From an uncultured Lachnospiraceae bacterium (GTDB lineage Bacteria > Bacillota > Clostridia > Lachnospirales > Lachnospiraceae): DNA of 61,011 bases. The notes beneath the pieces were generated by a model. The model worked only from the letters and a program-made list of their open reading frames with translations, searched no databases and was not told the origin of the DNA. The stretch's first letter is position 1, and each line of letters opens with the position of its first letter. Position numbers and translations under genes: made by a program. This document shows, in pieces, positions 58,508-61,011 of the stretch. The stretch covers positions 1 through 61,011 of the forward strand of contig CADARM010000003.1 in assembly GCA_902790275.1 (NCBI GenBank), given 5' to 3'.

Positions 58508-58738
58508 ATGGATACAGCAAAGATTTTTACAAATGGAGGAAGTCAGGCTATTCGTCTTCCTAAAACGTGTCGTTTTGATAATGATGAGGTTTTCGTTAAT
58601 CGTATCGGTAATATAGTTATGCTTATCCCTAAAGAGGACAGATGGAAAAACATGGTTCGAAGCATTGATTATTTTACCGATGACTTTATGGTAGAAGTTT
58701 ATCCGCCTTCGAATAAAGATAAGCGGGAGGAGTTTTGA
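58508..58738 (+). CDS. vapB: Type II antitoxin VapB (AbrB/SpoVT-like)
   Basis: AKIFTNGGSQAIRLPKTCRF; TGATG overlap with the toxin gene. Confidence 0.92.
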   Translation: MDTAKIFTNGGSQAIRLPKTCRFDNDEVFVNRIGNIVMLIPKEDRWKNMVRSIDYFTDDFMVEVYPPSNKDKREEF

Positions 58739-59148
58739 TGAAGCGATATATGCTTGATACGAATATGGTTATTTATGCCATTAAGAATAATCCTCCTCAA
58801 GTATTAAATAAAATTCAACAATACGAATGCGATGATATTTATATTTCAGCTATTACATTAGCTGAACTTGAGTATGGCGTAAGCCATAGTTCCAACCCGG
58901 AGCAAAACAATATTGCATTAATGATGTTTTTGTCAAATATGAATATTGCTCCTTTTGATGACATTGCTGCCATAGAATACGGTCCTATCAGGGAGGCATT
59001 ACAATCTAAAGGTACACCTATCGGACCGTATGATATGCTGATCGCAGCTCATGCCAGGGCTCTTGATTTTGTTTTGGTTACACATAATGTTAAAGAATTT
59101 GAAAGAGTACCGGGCCTTGAAATTGAAGATTGGGTCGGCGATATTTAG
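58738..59148 (+). CDS. vapC: Type II toxin VapC (PIN-domain RNase)
   Basis: YMLDTN, ITLAELEYG, IGPYDMLIAAHA, LVTHNVKEFERVPGL. Confidence 0.95.
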   Translation: MKRYMLDTNMVIYAIKNNPPQVLNKIQQYECDDIYISAITLAELEYGVSHSSNPEQNNIALMMFLSNMNIAPFDDIAAIEYGPIREALQSKGTPIGPYDMLIAAHARALDFVLVTHNVKEFERVPGLEIEDWVGDI

Positions 59149-59164
59149 CATATAATTATCGTAA

Positions 59165-59193
59165 TTGCGACGGACGCAGATATCATATATAAT
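59165..59193 (+). promoter_or_regulatory. sigma-A promoter of ahcY
   Basis: TTGCGA-17 nt-TATAAT. Confidence 0.6.
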
Positions 59194-59279
59194 GGAGAAG
59201 GTTATTTACAGATAACGTGATTCATTTCAAAGAGAAATGATATTACTGAATTAAGATACAGAATGGATAGGAGAAAACT

Positions 59280-60524
59280 ATGGCAAGCGAGATCAGAGAC
59301 ATCAACCTCTACGAAAGCGGAGAAAAGAAAATAGAGTGGGTTAAGAGAAACTGCGATCTTCTTCGTACACTTGAAGGAGAATTCGAAAAGACCAAACCCT
59401 TCGCAGGAAAGAAAATAGCTCTTTCCGTACATCTTGAAGCAAAGACAGCTTATCTTTGCAAGGTTTTAAAGGCAGGCGGAGCCGATATGTATGTTACGGG
59501 TTCCAATCCTTTGTCCACACAGGACGACGTTGCTGCAGCTTTGGTTAAATCAGGTATCGAAGTTCATGCATGGTATGACTGCAACGAAGAAGAATACAAT
59601 CGTCACATAAGAAGCGTTCTTGAAGCAGGTCCCAACATCATCATCGATGACGGCGGCGATCTCGTACATATGATGCATACCGAATTTGTTGATCTTATCC
59701 CCAACGTAATCGGCGGATGCGAAGAGACCACAACAGGTATCATCAGACTCGAAGCCATGAACAAGGCAGGAGAGCTTAAGTTCCCGATGGTAAAAGTAAA
59801 CAACGCAGACTGCAAGCATTTCTTTGACAACCGTTACGGTACGGGCCAGTCCGTATGGGACGGTATCAACAGAACCACCAACTTGATCGTTGCAGGAAAG
59901 ATCGTCGTAGTCGCAGGTTACGGCTGGTGCGGTAAGGGTACCGCAATGAGAGCCAAGGGCTTAGGCGCAAGAGTTATCGTTACCGAAGTCGATCCCGTTA
60001 AGGCTATCGAAGCCGTAATGGACGGATTTGATGTAATGCCCATGAAGGAAGCAGCAAAGCTCGGAGATTTCTTTATCACTGTTACAGGCTGCAACAAAGT
60101 TATCGACGAAGAAGATTTCGCTGTTATCAAGGACGGCGCGATCATGTGCAACGCAGGACATTTCGACTGCGAGATAGATATGGCATGGCTTAAGGCAAAT
60201 GCCGTTGAATCAAAGGAAATGAGAAAGAACATTCAGGGATACAAGCTTCCTACAGGTCAGTGGGTATTCGTTCTTGCCGAAGGAAGACTTGTTAACCTCG
60301 CTGCCGGCGACGGACATCCCGCAGAGATCATGGATATGAGTTTCGCGATCCAGGCTCTTTCCGCTAAATATCTCGTTGAAAAGAACGGCCAGGTCGGCTC
60401 GATGCTCATCGATGTTCCCAAGGAAGTTGACATGGACGTAGCTACAAGAAAGCTTAATTTCCTCGGAAAATACATCGACAAACTCACACCCGAGCAGGAA
60501 GCATACCTTAACGCCGGACTGTAA
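59280..60524 (+). CDS. ahcY: Adenosylhomocysteinase (SAH hydrolase)
   Basis: SNPLSTQD, DDGGDL, EETTTG, KHFFDNRYGTGQS, GYGWCGKG, GRLVNLAAGDGHP. Confidence 0.97.
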   Translation: MASEIRDINLYESGEKKIEWVKRNCDLLRTLEGEFEKTKPFAGKKIALSVHLEAKTAYLCKVLKAGGADMYVTGSNPLSTQDDVAAALVKSGIEVHAWYDCNEEEYNRHIRSVLEAGPNIIIDDGGDLVHMMHTEFVDLIPNVIGGCEETTTGIIRLEAMNKAGELKFPMVKVNNADCKHFFDNRYGTGQSVWDGINRTTNLIVAGKIVVVAGYGWCGKGTAMRAKGLGARVIVTEVDPVKAIEAVMDGFDVMPMKEAAKLGDFFITVTGCNKVIDEEDFAVIKDGAIMCNAGHFDCEIDMAWLKANAVESKEMRKNIQGYKLPTGQWVFVLAEGRLVNLAAGDGHPAEIMDMSFAIQALSAKYLVEKNGQVGSMLIDVPKEVDMDVATRKLNFLGKYIDKLTPEQEAYLNAGL

Positions 60525-60540
60525 AATTTAAGGAGAATCG

Positions 60541-61011
60541 ATGGGATTGTTTGGTGAGGAAACAAAAAACACCGAAGAATATACCGAAGCTCAAAAGAAA
60601 AAATACGGTGAAATTCATCTGCTGATCATAATTCTGGCTCTGTTTCAGATCTGGCTGGGTTTATATATGGTTTTCAACTGGAGCTATGAGATTTATTTCG
60701 GGCTTTTTAATCCGCATTTGAAATTTGAGTATAAATTTATACCCATAATCGCTTCAGTCTCCGGACTTATTGCGGGCGGAATAATGCTATTTTTCAGCAG
60801 GTATTCAAAAAAGTTCATTCCCGCGGGATTATTATATTTATATACTCCGGTGATGATACTTTTAAGGGAAACGGTGATAAAAAACAGATTTGGCCTTTTA
60901 CCGCTTCTTTTATCCGGGATTTTCGGACTTATTTATATTGTGTATTTCTCTTCGGGTATGGGAAACCTTTTCATAGGTGTTGATTATAAAATATCCGACA
61001 CATGGAGGACG
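60541..61011 (+). CDS. Hypothetical membrane protein, partial (runs off the window edge)
   Basis: AAGGAG RBS then MGLFGEETKNTEEYTEAQKKKYGEIHLLIIILALFQIWLGL...; open to the end with several hydrophobic segments. Confidence 0.75.
   Translation, partial: MGLFGEETKNTEEYTEAQKKKYGEIHLLIIILALFQIWLGLYMVFNWSYEIYFGLFNPHLKFEYKFIPIIASVSGLIAGGIMLFFSRYSKKFIPAGLLYLYTPVMILLRETVIKNRFGLLPLLLSGIFGLIYIVYFSSGMGNLFIGVDYKISDTWRT

Noticed and set aside
59149-59279. SAH or SAM riboswitch upstream of ahcY
   Set aside because: AT-rich leader with no recognisable consensus elements; an Rfam scan would settle it.

Overview
Replication-origin region of a low-GC Firmicute chromosome, most likely a Lachnospiraceae/Butyrivibrio-like Clostridia member (inferred from gene order and protein style). 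Left arm (- strand): dnaA-dnaN-yaaA-recF-gyrB-[59-aa membrane ORF]-gyrA (partial), with a bipartite oriC carrying DnaA boxes and DnaA-trios. Right arm: rpmH-rnpA-yidD-yidC-jag-mnmE-mnmG-rsmG-parS cluster-parA-parB-serS-tRNA-Arg, then mixed housekeeping and accessory genes (a [FeFe]-hydrogenase-like/MCP fusion, trmB, an Rpn nuclease, a 1611-aa repeat membrane protein, a GT2/GtrA/PAP2 operon, hup-yabO-divIC-tilS-hpt-ftsH, nagB, plsY, a GH13, nrdG, tadA, a two-component pair, vapBC, ahcY). Main observations: (1) an intact glmS ribozyme, normally a GlcN6P-triggered OFF switch for glmS, lies in the leader of nagB, which suggests this deaminase runs in reverse as an ammonia-dependent GlcN6P synthase; (2) single accessory genes in the mnmG-rsmG-parA interval are bracketed by directly repeated, dyad-symmetric att-like sites; (3) a C-rich candidate sRNA with its own promoter and terminator follows ftsH; (4) the Rpn gene has an internal RBS/ATG for a putative intragenic antitoxin. 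No CRISPR array, rRNA, integrase or IS transposase was seen. All calls come from reading the sequence; no database searches were run, so novelty is unverified.
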